Assembly: GCA_028285495.1 (NCBI GenBank)
Contig: JANQPB010000022.1
Location: 1,969-65,968, forward strand
Reading direction: 5' to 3'
Length of the DNA: 64,000 nt
Source of the DNA: Acidimicrobiales bacterium
Lineage (GTDB): Bacteria; Actinomycetota; Acidimicrobiia; Acidimicrobiales; SZUA-35
Part shown: positions 12,680 through 21,844 of the stretch, piece by piece
Layout: the number at the start of each line of letters is the position of its first letter
Numbering within the stretch: position 1 is the stretch's first letter
Notes under the pieces: generated by a model
Seen by the model: only the letters and a program-made list of their open reading frames with translations
Databases searched by the model: none
What the model was told of the DNA's origin: nothing
Made by a program: the position numbers and the translations under genes

Positions 12680-13339
12680 GTGCGCCTCGTCATCGCCGAC
12701 TGCACCGTCGACTACGACGGCCGCCTCACCGCCCACCTGCCCCGGGCCACCCGGCTGATCATGGTCAAGGCCGACGGCTGCGTGGCCGTGCACGCCGACG
12801 GCGGGGCCTACAAGCCGCTGAACTGGATGAACGCCCCCAACCTTCTCGTCGCCGACGACGAGAAGTGGGTGGTCACCAACCCGAAGGGCGAGGCGCTGAC
12901 GATCACCCTGTACCAGGTGCTGAGCGACGTCAGCCACGACTTCGGCGACGACCCCGGGCTGCAGAAGGACGGCGTGGAGGCCCACCTCCAGGAGCTGCTG
13001 GCCGTCGATCCCGAACAGCTCGAGGACGGGCTGCGACTCGTGCGGCGGGAGTACCCGACCGAGATCGGTCCGGTCGACCTGCTGTGCCGCGACGCCGATG
13101 GCCGGGTGGTGGCCGTCGAGGTGAAGCGGCGGGGCGAGATCGACGGGGTCGAGCAGCTCACCCGCTATCTCGAGTTCCTCAACCGCCAACCCGACCTGTC
13201 ACCGGTCCGCGGGATGTTCGTCGCCCAGGAGATCAAGCTGCAGGCCAAGACGCTGGCCAACGACCGGTCGATCGACTGGGTCGAGGTCGACTACGACGTG
13301 TTGCGGGGCATCGAGCGACCACAGCAGAAGCTGTTCTAG
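12680..13339 (+). CDS. nucS: Endonuclease NucS (EndoMS), mismatch-specific endonuclease
   Basis: 219 aa with a GTG start. [33 protein letters not shown] and [29 protein letters not shown] are characteristic of NucS. Confidence 0.93.
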   Translation: MRLVIADCTVDYDGRLTAHLPRATRLIMVKADGCVAVHADGGAYKPLNWMNAPNLLVADDEKWVVTNPKGEALTITLYQVLSDVSHDFGDDPGLQKDGVEAHLQELLAVDPEQLEDGLRLVRREYPTEIGPVDLLCRDADGRVVAVEVKRRGEIDGVEQLTRYLEFLNRQPDLSPVRGMFVAQEIKLQAKTLANDRSIDWVEVDYDVLRGIERPQQKLF

Positions 13340-13346
13340 CGGGCTG

Positions 13347-16310
13347 CTAGCGCAGGTCGCCTCGATCGTCGACGCCGGGGACCGTCAGGTCGGCCCAGTC
13401 GGCCGCCGCGCCGTCGGCCAGCAGCCCGTCGAGCACGGTCCGGCCGAGGCGCTCGCCGATGGCCCGAACCGACCGGTCGAGCATCGTCGCATCGAGCGGG
13501 TGGGGACGGTAGCCGACCTCCCGCCCGACCCGACCGGCGAAACCGGCCAGCCGGGCGGCCGATTCGTCGTCGCCTCGGCGCTGGGCCAGGAGCGCACCCA
13601 TGCGTGTGGCCAGGGCCCGCCCGACCCGGGTGTCGGTGCGGAACGGCACGAACTCCTCGCCGGCCCGTTCGATGTCGCCGACGTCGACCGCGGCCAGGGC
13701 GAACTGCTGGCGCATCAGGAACTGGTGGAGGGTCACCCCGCCGGCCCGATCGATCCCCTCGGCCAGGATCAGCACGTCGGCTGAACGACCGGTCGCTCGG
13801 AGGGCGTGGGCCCGGCAGTAGATCAACACGCTCTCCTCCCAGACGCTGGTCGCCTCGATCCCGTCGATCGAGGCCAGGATCGAGCCGGGATCGTCGGACA
13901 CGACGGCCGCCGCCAGCCGGATGATCGGCATGGTGACGGTGGCCAGGCCGCGCTCGTCACCGAGGCCGTCGGTGGCCAGGATCTCGGCGAAGACCGCGGG
14001 CGAGCTCATCCACCAGGCCGGCAGCATCCGGTTGGTGACCGCCGCCCGCCACATGGGGTCACCGGCCTCCCGGAGGGCGCCGGTGGCATCGACCAGGAGC
14101 CGGTCGCTGGCGGCGAGGTCGTCGAGGGTCAGCTCGACCGCGATCGCATTGGCCAGCAGCCCGCGGGAGCTCGGGTCGTCGACCTCGTCGATGCGGCGCT
14201 CGGCTGCGGGGAGCAGCTCGGCCGATCGCTCGGCGTCGGCCATGTTGTGGGCATCGACGATGGCGTAGGCCAGCGCCCGATCGCTCAGCGGGGAGGCGGC
14301 GCCGGTGCCGAGCGTCCGCAGGCCGAGGGTCAGCCAGTGCAGCGACGCTCGACCGAGGCCGAGCCCCCAGAACACGAGCCGCAACGGCACGGCGAGATCG
14401 AGCAGGCGCTGGCCGGCTCCCGACTCGGCCGCCCGGGACAGCGCCACCCGGTAGTTGGCGAGGTCGCGGCGGCCGCCGTCGACCGGTGCGGGCTCAGCGC
14501 TCCGGAGCCGGTCGGTCAGCGCCCGGGCCCGGGCGGTGTAGTGGGCCAGATGTCGATCCCGGACACCGTCGGTCTCGCCGGCTGCGACCAACCGATCGAG
14601 CCCGAATCGGCGGACGGTCTCCAGCAGCCGATAGCGGGTGTCCCCGCCGGTGTCGCCATCGCCGACCGACAGCAGCGAGGCGTCGACCAGCCGGTTCAGC
14701 CCGTCGAGGACGTCGAAGTCGGACTGACCGTCGCCGGCGGCGACGGCCTTGGCGGCGTCGAGATCGAAGCCGTCGGCGAACACGCCGAGCCGGCGGAGGA
14801 GGACCTGGTCGGGCGGCGACAGCAGATCGTTCGACCAGTCCATCATCGCCTGCAGCGTCCGCTGGCGCTCGGCCGCCGTGCGGCTGCCACCGGTGAGGAA
14901 GCGGAAGCGGTCGTCGAGGTTGGCGTCGATGGCCTCGACCGACAGGACGTTCAGACGGGCGGTGGCCAGCTCGATGGCGAGCGGGATCCCGTCGAGGCGC
15001 CGGCACAGCCGGGCCACGGTCTCCCGGTTGGCCTCGGTCACGGCCACGTCCGGTCGCACGAGGCGAGCCCGGTCGGCGAACAACTCGACGGCGGAGCCGT
15101 CCGCCTCGACGCCGAGCGGTTGGACCAACCGGCGAGCCTCGCCAGCCACCCCGAGGGCCGAGCGGCTGGTCGCCAGTATCCGCAGCTCCGGGCACGACCG
15201 CAGCAGGTGGTCGACCAGCTCCGCCACCGGATCGAGCAGGTGCTCGGCGTTGTCGACGACGAGCAGCGCCCGCCGATCGACCAGCTCACCGACCACCTGG
15301 TCCCGGCTCGGCGTCGGGCCGTCGCCCGGTAGGGCCAGCGCGGCGGCAACGGCATCGGCCAGCTGGCCGCCGTCGTCGAGCGGGGCCACCTCGACCAGCC
15401 ACACGCCGTCGTGGCCGTCGGCCCGACCGTCGCCCGCCAATCGGCGGGCGACCTCGATGGCCAGGCGGGTCTTGCCGACGCCCCCGATGCCGGTCAGCGT
15501 GACCAGCCGGGCCTGGCCGAGCAGGCGCTCGATCTCCCCGAGCTCGTCGAGCCGGCCGACGAAGCTGCTGACCGGAGCCGGCAGGTTGTGACGCGGTCGC
15601 TCGAGCCGGCGGAGCGCTCGCTCGGCCAGGCGGGCGTCGATCGCCAGCGCCCGGTCTCGCACCTCGACGGCCGCTTGGCTCGGCACGACCCCGAGCTCGT
15701 CGGCGAGCACACGCTCCAGCTCCTCGAAACGGCGGAGCACGCCCTCGCGATCGCCGTCCTCGATCGCCGCCGTCATCAGTGCGACGTTGGCCTCCTCATC
15801 GGCCGGGTCGAGCCGCAGGACGTCCAGCCAGCGATCCCGGGCCCGGAGCAGGTCGAGCAGACGGAGCCGGAGCCGGGCCCTGGCCTCGATCGTCCACTCG
15901 GCGTACGGGATGTCGGGCAGCAGCTCGCCGACATCGGCCGCCAGGACCCGGTCGACGGCCTCGCCGTCACCCGGGTCGACCGTCAGGACGCGATGCACGT
16001 CGACGTCGACCTCGACGCCGGGGAAGAGGGCGACCACGCCGCCGCCGACCACGATCGCCGACTTGTCGCCGAGGGCCCGGCGAGCGTAGCTCGAGGCCTT
16101 GCTCAGGTTGTTCGAGGCGGTCGACGGTGCCGCATCGGGCCACAGGGCGTCGATCACCTGGTCGCGAGGGAGGCGTCGACGCTCGCTGAGAGCGAGGAGC
16201 TGGACCAGCTCGGCCGCCGCGGCCCGCTCGAAGTGACGCCGCTCCACCGTTCGACCGTCCAACTCGACCCGGAAGTCGTCGATCAGCGTCACCGTCACCT
16301 CGGCGGTCAC
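13347..16310 (-). CDS. AfsR/SARP-family regulator: wHTH + BTAD + NB-ARC (STAND) ATPase + helical-repeat C-terminus
   Basis: 987 aa with a GTG start. The N-terminus is SARP-like (LIDDFRVELDGRTV...QVIDALWPD). Walker A is GIGGVGKTRLA and Walker B-like LLVVDNAEH, followed by a long helical-repeat C-terminus. Confidence 0.85.
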   Translation of the reverse strand: MTAEVTVTLIDDFRVELDGRTVERRHFERAAAAELVQLLALSERRRLPRDQVIDALWPDAAPSTASNNLSKASSYARRALGDKSAIVVGGGVVALFPGVEVDVDVHRVLTVDPGDGEAVDRVLAADVGELLPDIPYAEWTIEARARLRLRLLDLLRARDRWLDVLRLDPADEEANVALMTAAIEDGDREGVLRRFEELERVLADELGVVPSQAAVEVRDRALAIDARLAERALRRLERPRHNLPAPVSSFVGRLDELGEIERLLGQARLVTLTGIGGVGKTRLAIEVARRLAGDGRADGHDGVWLVEVAPLDDGGQLADAVAAALALPGDGPTPSRDQVVGELVDRRALLVVDNAEHLLDPVAELVDHLLRSCPELRILATSRSALGVAGEARRLVQPLGVEADGSAVELFADRARLVRPDVAVTEANRETVARLCRRLDGIPLAIELATARLNVLSVEAIDANLDDRFRFLTGGSRTAAERQRTLQAMMDWSNDLLSPPDQVLLRRLGVFADGFDLDAAKAVAAGDGQSDFDVLDGLNRLVDASLLSVGDGDTGGDTRYRLLETVRRFGLDRLVAAGETDGVRDRHLAHYTARARALTDRLRSAEPAPVDGGRRDLANYRVALSRAAESGAGQRLLDLAVPLRLVFWGLGLGRASLHWLTLGLRTLGTGAASPLSDRALAYAIVDAHNMADAERSAELLPAAERRIDEVDDPSSRGLLANAIAVELTLDDLAASDRLLVDATGALREAGDPMWRAAVTNRMLPAWWMSSPAVFAEILATDGLGDERGLATVTMPIIRLAAAVVSDDPGSILASIDGIEATSVWEESVLIYCRAHALRATGRSADVLILAEGIDRAGGVTLHQFLMRQQFALAAVDVGDIERAGEEFVPFRTDTRVGRALATRMGALLAQRRGDDESAARLAGFAGRVGREVGYRPHPLDATMLDRSVRAIGERLGRTVLDGLLADGAAADWADLTVPGVDDRGDLR

Positions 16311-16587
16311 GGCCCGACCCTAACAGGCGGCCACCGCCGGCCGGACGGGCCGGCCCGGCCCCGATCGGGAAGCGACGGGGAAGGACTGCGGAAGCCCGGT
16401 CGTCGAGCGTGACGGCAACCGATCGAGACGAGACGAGGAACGGACCCGTGTACATCGACCCAACCACCCACCTCCGCCACCACGCGCAGCGAACCGGGGA
16501 ACGGCAACGACTGGCCTCCGAGCGCCACCTGGCCCGCCATCTTGCCCGTCGGCGGCGACGGTCGATCGTGCCCCTTCAACGAACGAA

Positions 16588-16647
16588 GCCGGCCCCGCAG
16601 GACCGGCCCGGTGTCGGAGGGACCGTCGGGGGGCGGCCGGCCCCCCG
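16588..16647 (-). terminator. Two consecutive GC hairpins downstream of the SDR-MaoC operon
   Basis: Hairpin 16627-16647 (cggggggc/gccccccg, 8 bp) and hairpin 16588-16607. On the minus strand they are followed by UUCGUUCGUUG. Confidence 0.45.
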
Positions 16648-16699
16648 ACCAGCCACCCCCTGACGCGTTCTCGTGTGGCTCCAGCGTAGCGGGACGTCG

Positions 16700-17572
16700 C
16701 TAGGACACGAACCTCACGCCACCGTTGTCGATCACCACCCGACCGTCGTCACCGCAGGTCTGGAAGACGGCACTGCCGTCGCCGTTGTCCCAGACCCGCA
16801 CGGTGAGCGCCTCGCCCGGCAGGACCGGCGAGCTGAACCGCCCCTCCATGCCGCTGAAGTTCTCCGGCTCCGACCCGCACAGGGTGTGGAGCAGGGCCCG
16901 GCCGGTGAAGCCGTAGGTGCAGAGCCCGTGCAGGATCGGCTTCGGGAAGCCGCCGACGTCGGAGAACTGCTTGTCGGAGTGCAGCGGGTTGCGGTCGCCG
17001 CACAGCCGGTACAACAGGGCCTGGTCCGGACGGGTCTGGTAGGTGACCTCGTAGTCGGGGCCACGGTCGGGGGCGACGTTCGGCCGCTCGCTCGGGCCCC
17101 GATCCCCGCCGAAGCCACCCTCGCCGACGATGAACACCGACGACATGAGCTCGTAGAGCGGCTCGCTGTCACCGACCAGCGTTGCCGTCGTCTTCGTGGC
17201 GACCACGGCCCCCTTGCCCTTGTCGTAGATGCCGGTGATCTCGTCGACGGTGTCGACCTCACCGTTGGTCGGCAGCGGCTTGAACAGGTTCACCCCCTGC
17301 TCGCCGTGGACCAGCATGCGGTTGTCCCACGTGCCGGCCTGTGACATGGCCGACTTGCCGCCCCTGGCGGTGAAGCCGGCCATCACGGCGAAGGTGGGGA
17401 ACACCTTCTGGTCGACCCCGGCGGTGTTCTCGGTGGTGAACTCCAGCTCGTAGCCGACCGGGTCCTCGACCCCGGCTCCGATCCCGAGGGCGTACAGCAG
17501 GCAGTCGTCGGCGTTCCAGCTGGCCCGGCGGGCCTCGCCTCTCGCACCGACGGCGTCTGGGTTGACGGGCAT
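16700..17572 (-). CDS. MaoC-like double hot-dog (R)-specific enoyl-CoA hydratase (MFE-2 hydratase-2 type)
   Basis: 290 aa with YRLCGDRNPLHSD and GFPKPILHGLCTYG. The RBS GAAGGAG precedes the ATG. Confidence 0.85.
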   Translation of the reverse strand: MPVNPDAVGARGEARRASWNADDCLLYALGIGAGVEDPVGYELEFTTENTAGVDQKVFPTFAVMAGFTARGGKSAMSQAGTWDNRMLVHGEQGVNLFKPLPTNGEVDTVDEITGIYDKGKGAVVATKTTATLVGDSEPLYELMSSVFIVGEGGFGGDRGPSERPNVAPDRGPDYEVTYQTRPDQALLYRLCGDRNPLHSDKQFSDVGGFPKPILHGLCTYGFTGRALLHTLCGSEPENFSGMEGRFSSPVLPGEALTVRVWDNGDGSAVFQTCGDDGRVVIDNGGVRFVS

Positions 17573-17626
17573 CTCGTGCTCCTTCTCTCGGCGTCGTTCG
17601 ACGGTGACGTCCGGCGGGGGTGCCGG

Positions 17627-18553
17627 CTAGTACGGCGTCGGTCGGCCGGGGCCGGTGACCGGGGCGCCCTGCATGTCGGAGTTCGGCTGGGCCTCGGCCA
17701 TCAGCTGCTTGACCGCCTGAGCCATCTCGGTCGGGTCGTCGACCGGCTCGATCGTCGGGCCACGGTGCCACATGTTGGCGATGCCGAGCACCCGTCCGGA
17801 GGCCTCGAAGACCCGGCCGGTCACCGGGGCCGACTCGGCGGAGGCCAGCCAGGTGCAGATCGGGGCGATCCACCGGGGGTGCATCATCTCCTTCTCCTCG
17901 TCGCTGGCCTGGCCCATGCCGAGGTTCTCGGTCATGCGGGTCAGGGCGCCGGGGGCGATGGCGTTCACGGTGACGCCGTAGCGGTGCAGCTCCTGGGCGG
18001 CGATGATCGTGAAGGCGGCGATGCCGGCCTTGGCGGCGCCGTAGTTGGTCTGGCCGGGGTTGCCGTAGATGCCGGAGACCGAGCTGGTGTTGATGATCCT
18101 GGCGTCGTTGGTCTCGCCGGCCTTGGCCCGCTCACGCCAGTAGGCGGCGGCCCACCGGGCCGGACCGAACGTGCCCTTGAGGTGGACCTTGATGACGGCG
18201 TCCCACTCCTCCTCGGTCATGTTCGACAGCATGCGATCGCGGAGGATGCCGGCGTTGTTGACGACCACGTCGAGACCGCCGAAGGTCTCGATGGCCTGGT
18301 TGACCATCCGCTGGGCGCCCTCCCAGTCGGACACGTCGTCGCCGTTGGCGACGGCCTCGCCGCCGCCCTCCTTGATGAGCTCGACCACTTCCTGGGCCGG
18401 GGTCATGGTGCCGCCGCTGCCGTCGACCTCGCCGCCGAGGTCGTTGACCACGACCTTGGCCCCGTGCTGGGCCAGCATGAGCGCGTGCTCGCGCCCGATG
18501 CCTCGTCCGGCGCCGGTGACGATGGCCACCCGTCCTTCACACAATCCAGTCAT
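17627..18553 (-). CDS. SDR family oxidoreductase (MFE-2 dehydrogenase / 3-hydroxyacyl-CoA dehydrogenase-like)
   Basis: 308 aa with VTGAGRGIG, NNAG, and the S...YGAAK catalytic pattern. Confidence 0.85.
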   Translation of the reverse strand: MTGLCEGRVAIVTGAGRGIGREHALMLAQHGAKVVVNDLGGEVDGSGGTMTPAQEVVELIKEGGGEAVANGDDVSDWEGAQRMVNQAIETFGGLDVVVNNAGILRDRMLSNMTEEEWDAVIKVHLKGTFGPARWAAAYWRERAKAGETNDARIINTSSVSGIYGNPGQTNYGAAKAGIAAFTIIAAQELHRYGVTVNAIAPGALTRMTENLGMGQASDEEKEMMHPRWIAPICTWLASAESAPVTGRVFEASGRVLGIANMWHRGPTIEPVDDPTEMAQAVKQLMAEAQPNSDMQGAPVTGPGRPTPY

Positions 18554-18672
18554 CAGTACCTCTTGTCGGTTCTGTCGATCGGCCGACCCGCCGGCGGAGC
18601 GGCCACGAGCTGCTCCACGACCCCGCGCCGGCCGGCTCGGCCGGTCCGATCGGGGCCCGTCGGGGGTGACCT

Positions 18673-21600
18673 GTGGCCCCGATCATGACACAGGCCCGCT
18701 CGGCCGACGAAAAGGGACATGACCTCACCGCGACCGGGCCGGCGACTACATTGGTCGCACTCGGCGGAAGACCTCTTCTTGATGATGGGAGCGCTGGCCC
18801 CGGGTCGGTGCCGGTGTGGACAGCGAGGACGGCGAGGGCAGTGGAACCATCCGATTCGCCAGCGGAAGAACACGCGGCGGACGGCCCGCCGAGCGCCGGG
18901 TCACCCGATGCGCCGACGGCGCTCGACGATCGGGGTGGTGAGCCGGAACAGTCCGAGAGCGAGCCGGACGGCGGGTCCGAGGTCGCCGTCGAGACCGCCG
19001 ACGGGCTGACGATCGAGGCCGACCCGGACGGGATCTCGGTCGACGAGTGGCTCGAGGTCGACGCGGCCCCGGCCGACGACGGCGACGCCTCATCGGCGTC
19101 GGCCCCGGCGCCGCCGTCCCTGCCATCGGCGGCAACCGTCGGTGACGGCGGGGCCGACGAGACCGTCCAGATCACCGCCGACATGCTGGCCCCGCCGACC
19201 CCGACCGCGCTGCCCGGTGCCGGCCAAGGCCAGGCGACGGCCGACGACGTGAACGGAAGCGGAGGCGGGAAGGGGTCGGGGGCCGGTGGCCCGCTCGACG
19301 GGGCCGCGGCGGCCGACGGGGCGGTCGGCGAGCCCGGCGGTGCCGATGGCGAGTCCACCACCGGCACCGCCGATACCGACCCGACCACCGGCGACGAGAC
19401 GGGCACGGCCGCCGCCGCCACGACCACCGGCGACACGGGCGCCGCCGATACCGACCCGACCACCGGCGACGCCGACACCGATCCGCCCGGCATCGCCACC
19501 AACGACGAGACGGGCACCGCCGCCGCCACGACCACCGGCGACGCCGAGGCGACCCTCGCCGACACGGAGGCCGCCGGCGACGCCGACCGCCGGACCACCG
19601 GCGACGACAACGAGACCACCGGCGACGAGACGGGCACGGCCGCCGCCGACGCGACCACCGGCGACGCCGACACCCAGGCGGCCGACGCAGGCGACGGCGA
19701 CGCCGAATCGGCGACCGACGCCGACACCGAGACCACCGGCGACGACGCCGGCGCCGCCGACGCGACCGACGGCGACGCTGCGGCCACCGCCCCGGTGCCT
19801 GCCGTCGTCCGCGACGGCGACGAGCCGCTCGACGCGACGGCGGTCATGCCGGCGGTGCCCGCCGTCGAGCCGGCCTCGCCGCCGCCGACCGAACCCCGGC
19901 GGACCGGCCGGCGGCTGGTCCTGGCCACGATCGGGACGGCCGTGGTCCTCTACCTGCTGCTCGCCGCCGCCTGGGCGGTCGACTCGGCCACCCACCGCGA
20001 CCGGGCGATGCGGGGCGTGCACCTCGAGGACATCGACGTCGGTGGCGAGGATCGCGACGGCATGGGCGATGCCATCGACACCCTGACCGAAGCGCTGGCG
20101 GCCTCGCCGCTCGAGGTGTCGGTGGGTACGACCACCGTCGCCACCGACCCGGTGACGATGGGCGCGGTGCCGGACGGCGACACGATGATCGACGAGGCCC
20201 TCGAGGCTCGGCGAGGTGGCTTCCTGCCCGTCCGCCCGATCACCTGGGCGGCCGGTCTGTTCAGCCGGCACACGGTGCCGGCCCGCTACCTGGTCGAGCC
20301 GGTCACCACCCGTCGCGGCGTCGACGCGGTGATCGAGCCGGCGCTCGCCGAGGCGGTCGAGCCCGGCCTCGAGTTCGACGGCCGCTCGATGGTGCTCGTG
20401 CCCGGATCGCCCGGCGTCGCCGTCGACCCCGAGGCCGTGATCGATGCGCTGCCCGCCACCATCGAGGACGGCGAGCCGTTCCGCCTCGAGGTCGACGAGC
20501 TGGAGGCTGCGCCGACGTTCAGCGACGACGACATCGCCACCCTGGCCGACGAGCTCAACGAGGCCACCTCCGAGCCGATCACCGTGCGGGTGCTCGACCA
20601 GGAGGCGGCCGTCTCGCCGAACAGCCAGCGGTCGTGGATCGAGCTCGACACGTCCGACGGCGCCGCCGGTTGGACGGTCGACGAGCGAGCCGCCCTCGAC
20701 GAGCTGCAGCCGCTCTTCCCCGCGCTGGGGTCGGAGGACCAGCAGGCCCGCTTCGAGGTGGTCGACGGCGAGCCGATCATCATCCCGGCGGCCGAGACGG
20801 TCGTCTGCTGCGAGGACGGCGCGGCCGAGACGCTGGTCGAGGCCATCTCGTCGCCCATCCCGGTCCCGAGCGACGACGCCGACGACGAGGACGACGCTGC
20901 GACCGACGACGGGGAGGAGGCCGAGCCCGAGCTCCGGGTCGCCCAGCTCGAACCGAAGATCACCGGGTTCGACGAGGGAGTGGCCGAGCTGGAGACGTTG
21001 GGGATCGTCGAGCTGGTCTCCACGTTCACCACCGAGCACGCCTGCTGCGAGAACCGGGTCAGGAACATCCAGCGCTTCGCCGACCTGATCCAGGGCACGA
21101 TCATCCGGCCGGGCGAGGAGTTCTCGCTGAACGGCGCCGTCGGTCGCCGAACCCGGGAGAACGGCTTCTTCGCCGCCGGGGCCATCGCCCAGGGCAACTT
21201 CGAGGACCAGGTCGGCGGCGGTATCAGCCAGTACGCCACGACGTTCTTCAATGCCGCCTTCTTCGCCGGCATCGAGTTCCTCGAGTACCAGTCGCACTCG
21301 ATCTACATCTCGCGCTATCCCCGGGGCCGGGAGGCGACGATCTCCTGGCCGCGGCCCGACCTCAAGGTCCTCAACAACACCCCGTACGGGATCCTCGTCT
21401 GGAACGAGTACACGCCGACGTCGATCACGGTCTCCTTCTACTCGACCGACCACCTCGAGGTGGAGGCGCTCGATCGGCGCCGATCGTCGGATCGCCAGTG
21501 CCGGATCGACATCACGCCACGCCAGATCACCTTCCCGGACGGCACGGTCGAGGAGGACACGGTCCGGGCGATCTACCGGCCGGGCGAGGGGCTCGACTGC

Positions 21601-21780
21601 AACGGCAACTCCACCCGCCCCGAGGAGGACGAGCCACCGCCACCGCCGACGCCGGAGCCCGATCCCGATCCCGATCCCGAACCCGAGCCGCCACCCCCCG
21701 AGCCCGAGCCCGAGCCCGACCCCGACCCGGATCCGGGCGACGACGGCGGAGACGACGACGTGCTCCCGCCGGGCGGCTGA
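18673..21780 (+). CDS. VanW-family envelope protein with a long acidic low-complexity N-terminal region, one TM helix and a Pro/Glu/Asp C-terminal tail
   Basis: 1035 aa. The TM helix is LVLATIGTAVVLYLLLAAAWAV, near residue 415. The VanW-like core is RNIQRFADLIQGTIIRPGEEFSLNGAVG...GGGISQYATTFFNAAFFAG...YISRYPRGREATI. The start is uncertain (an ATG also at 18685). Confidence 0.8.
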   Translation: MAPIMTQARSADEKGHDLTATGPATTLVALGGRPLLDDGSAGPGSVPVWTARTARAVEPSDSPAEEHAADGPPSAGSPDAPTALDDRGGEPEQSESEPDGGSEVAVETADGLTIEADPDGISVDEWLEVDAAPADDGDASSASAPAPPSLPSAATVGDGGADETVQITADMLAPPTPTALPGAGQGQATADDVNGSGGGKGSGAGGPLDGAAAADGAVGEPGGADGESTTGTADTDPTTGDETGTAAAATTTGDTGAADTDPTTGDADTDPPGIATNDETGTAAATTTGDAEATLADTEAAGDADRRTTGDDNETTGDETGTAAADATTGDADTQAADAGDGDAESATDADTETTGDDAGAADATDGDAAATAPVPAVVRDGDEPLDATAVMPAVPAVEPASPPPTEPRRTGRRLVLATIGTAVVLYLLLAAAWAVDSATHRDRAMRGVHLEDIDVGGEDRDGMGDAIDTLTEALAASPLEVSVGTTTVATDPVTMGAVPDGDTMIDEALEARRGGFLPVRPITWAAGLFSRHTVPARYLVEPVTTRRGVDAVIEPALAEAVEPGLEFDGRSMVLVPGSPGVAVDPEAVIDALPATIEDGEPFRLEVDELEAAPTFSDDDIATLADELNEATSEPITVRVLDQEAAVSPNSQRSWIELDTSDGAAGWTVDERAALDELQPLFPALGSEDQQARFEVVDGEPIIIPAAETVVCCEDGAAETLVEAISSPIPVPSDDADDEDDAATDDGEEAEPELRVAQLEPKITGFDEGVAELETLGIVELVSTFTTEHACCENRVRNIQRFADLIQGTIIRPGEEFSLNGAVGRRTRENGFFAAGAIAQGNFEDQVGGGISQYATTFFNAAFFAGIEFLEYQSHSIYISRYPRGREATISWPRPDLKVLNNTPYGILVWNEYTPTSITVSFYSTDHLEVEALDRRRSSDRQCRIDITPRQITFPDGTVEEDTVRAIYRPGEGLDCNGNSTRPEEDEPPPPPTPEPDPDPDPEPEPPPPEPEPEPDPDPDPGDDGGDDDVLPPGG
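19354..19782 (+). repeat. Degenerate coding repeats (gaccaccggcgac units; TTGD/ETGTAAA peptide repeats)
   Basis: About ten copies of gaccaccggcgac, with longer repeats of ccgataccgacccgaccaccggcgac and gacgagacgggcacggccgccgcc. Confidence 0.8.
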
Positions 21781-21844
21781 CACCGATCGCCGCACCGGCG
21801 GCCTCGGTACGACCCCGGGCAGTGCGGCCGCCTATCGTGACCCG

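Noticed and set aside
13806-15332. 508-aa plus-strand ORF
   Set aside because: It is antisense to the SARP-NB-ARC regulator, whose frame has Walker motifs. This frame is a Gly/Arg/Pro-rich shadow.
16311-16699. ORFs 16307..16579 (minus) and 16409..16663 (plus) in the long intergenic region
   Set aside because: They are Arg/Pro/Gly-rich with no RBS or motifs. The region is better treated as terminator plus leader.
19090-21795. 901-aa minus-strand ORF
   Set aside because: It is antisense to the VanW-family gene. It has runs of GGRG/VAGG reflecting the complement of the acidic repeats.
21251-21844. N-terminal extension of ORF 21251..23335
   Set aside because: It overlaps the VanW gene 3' end in another frame and is Ser/Arg/Pro-rich. 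The Rossmann GxGxxG motif begins just after the in-frame GTG at 21845.
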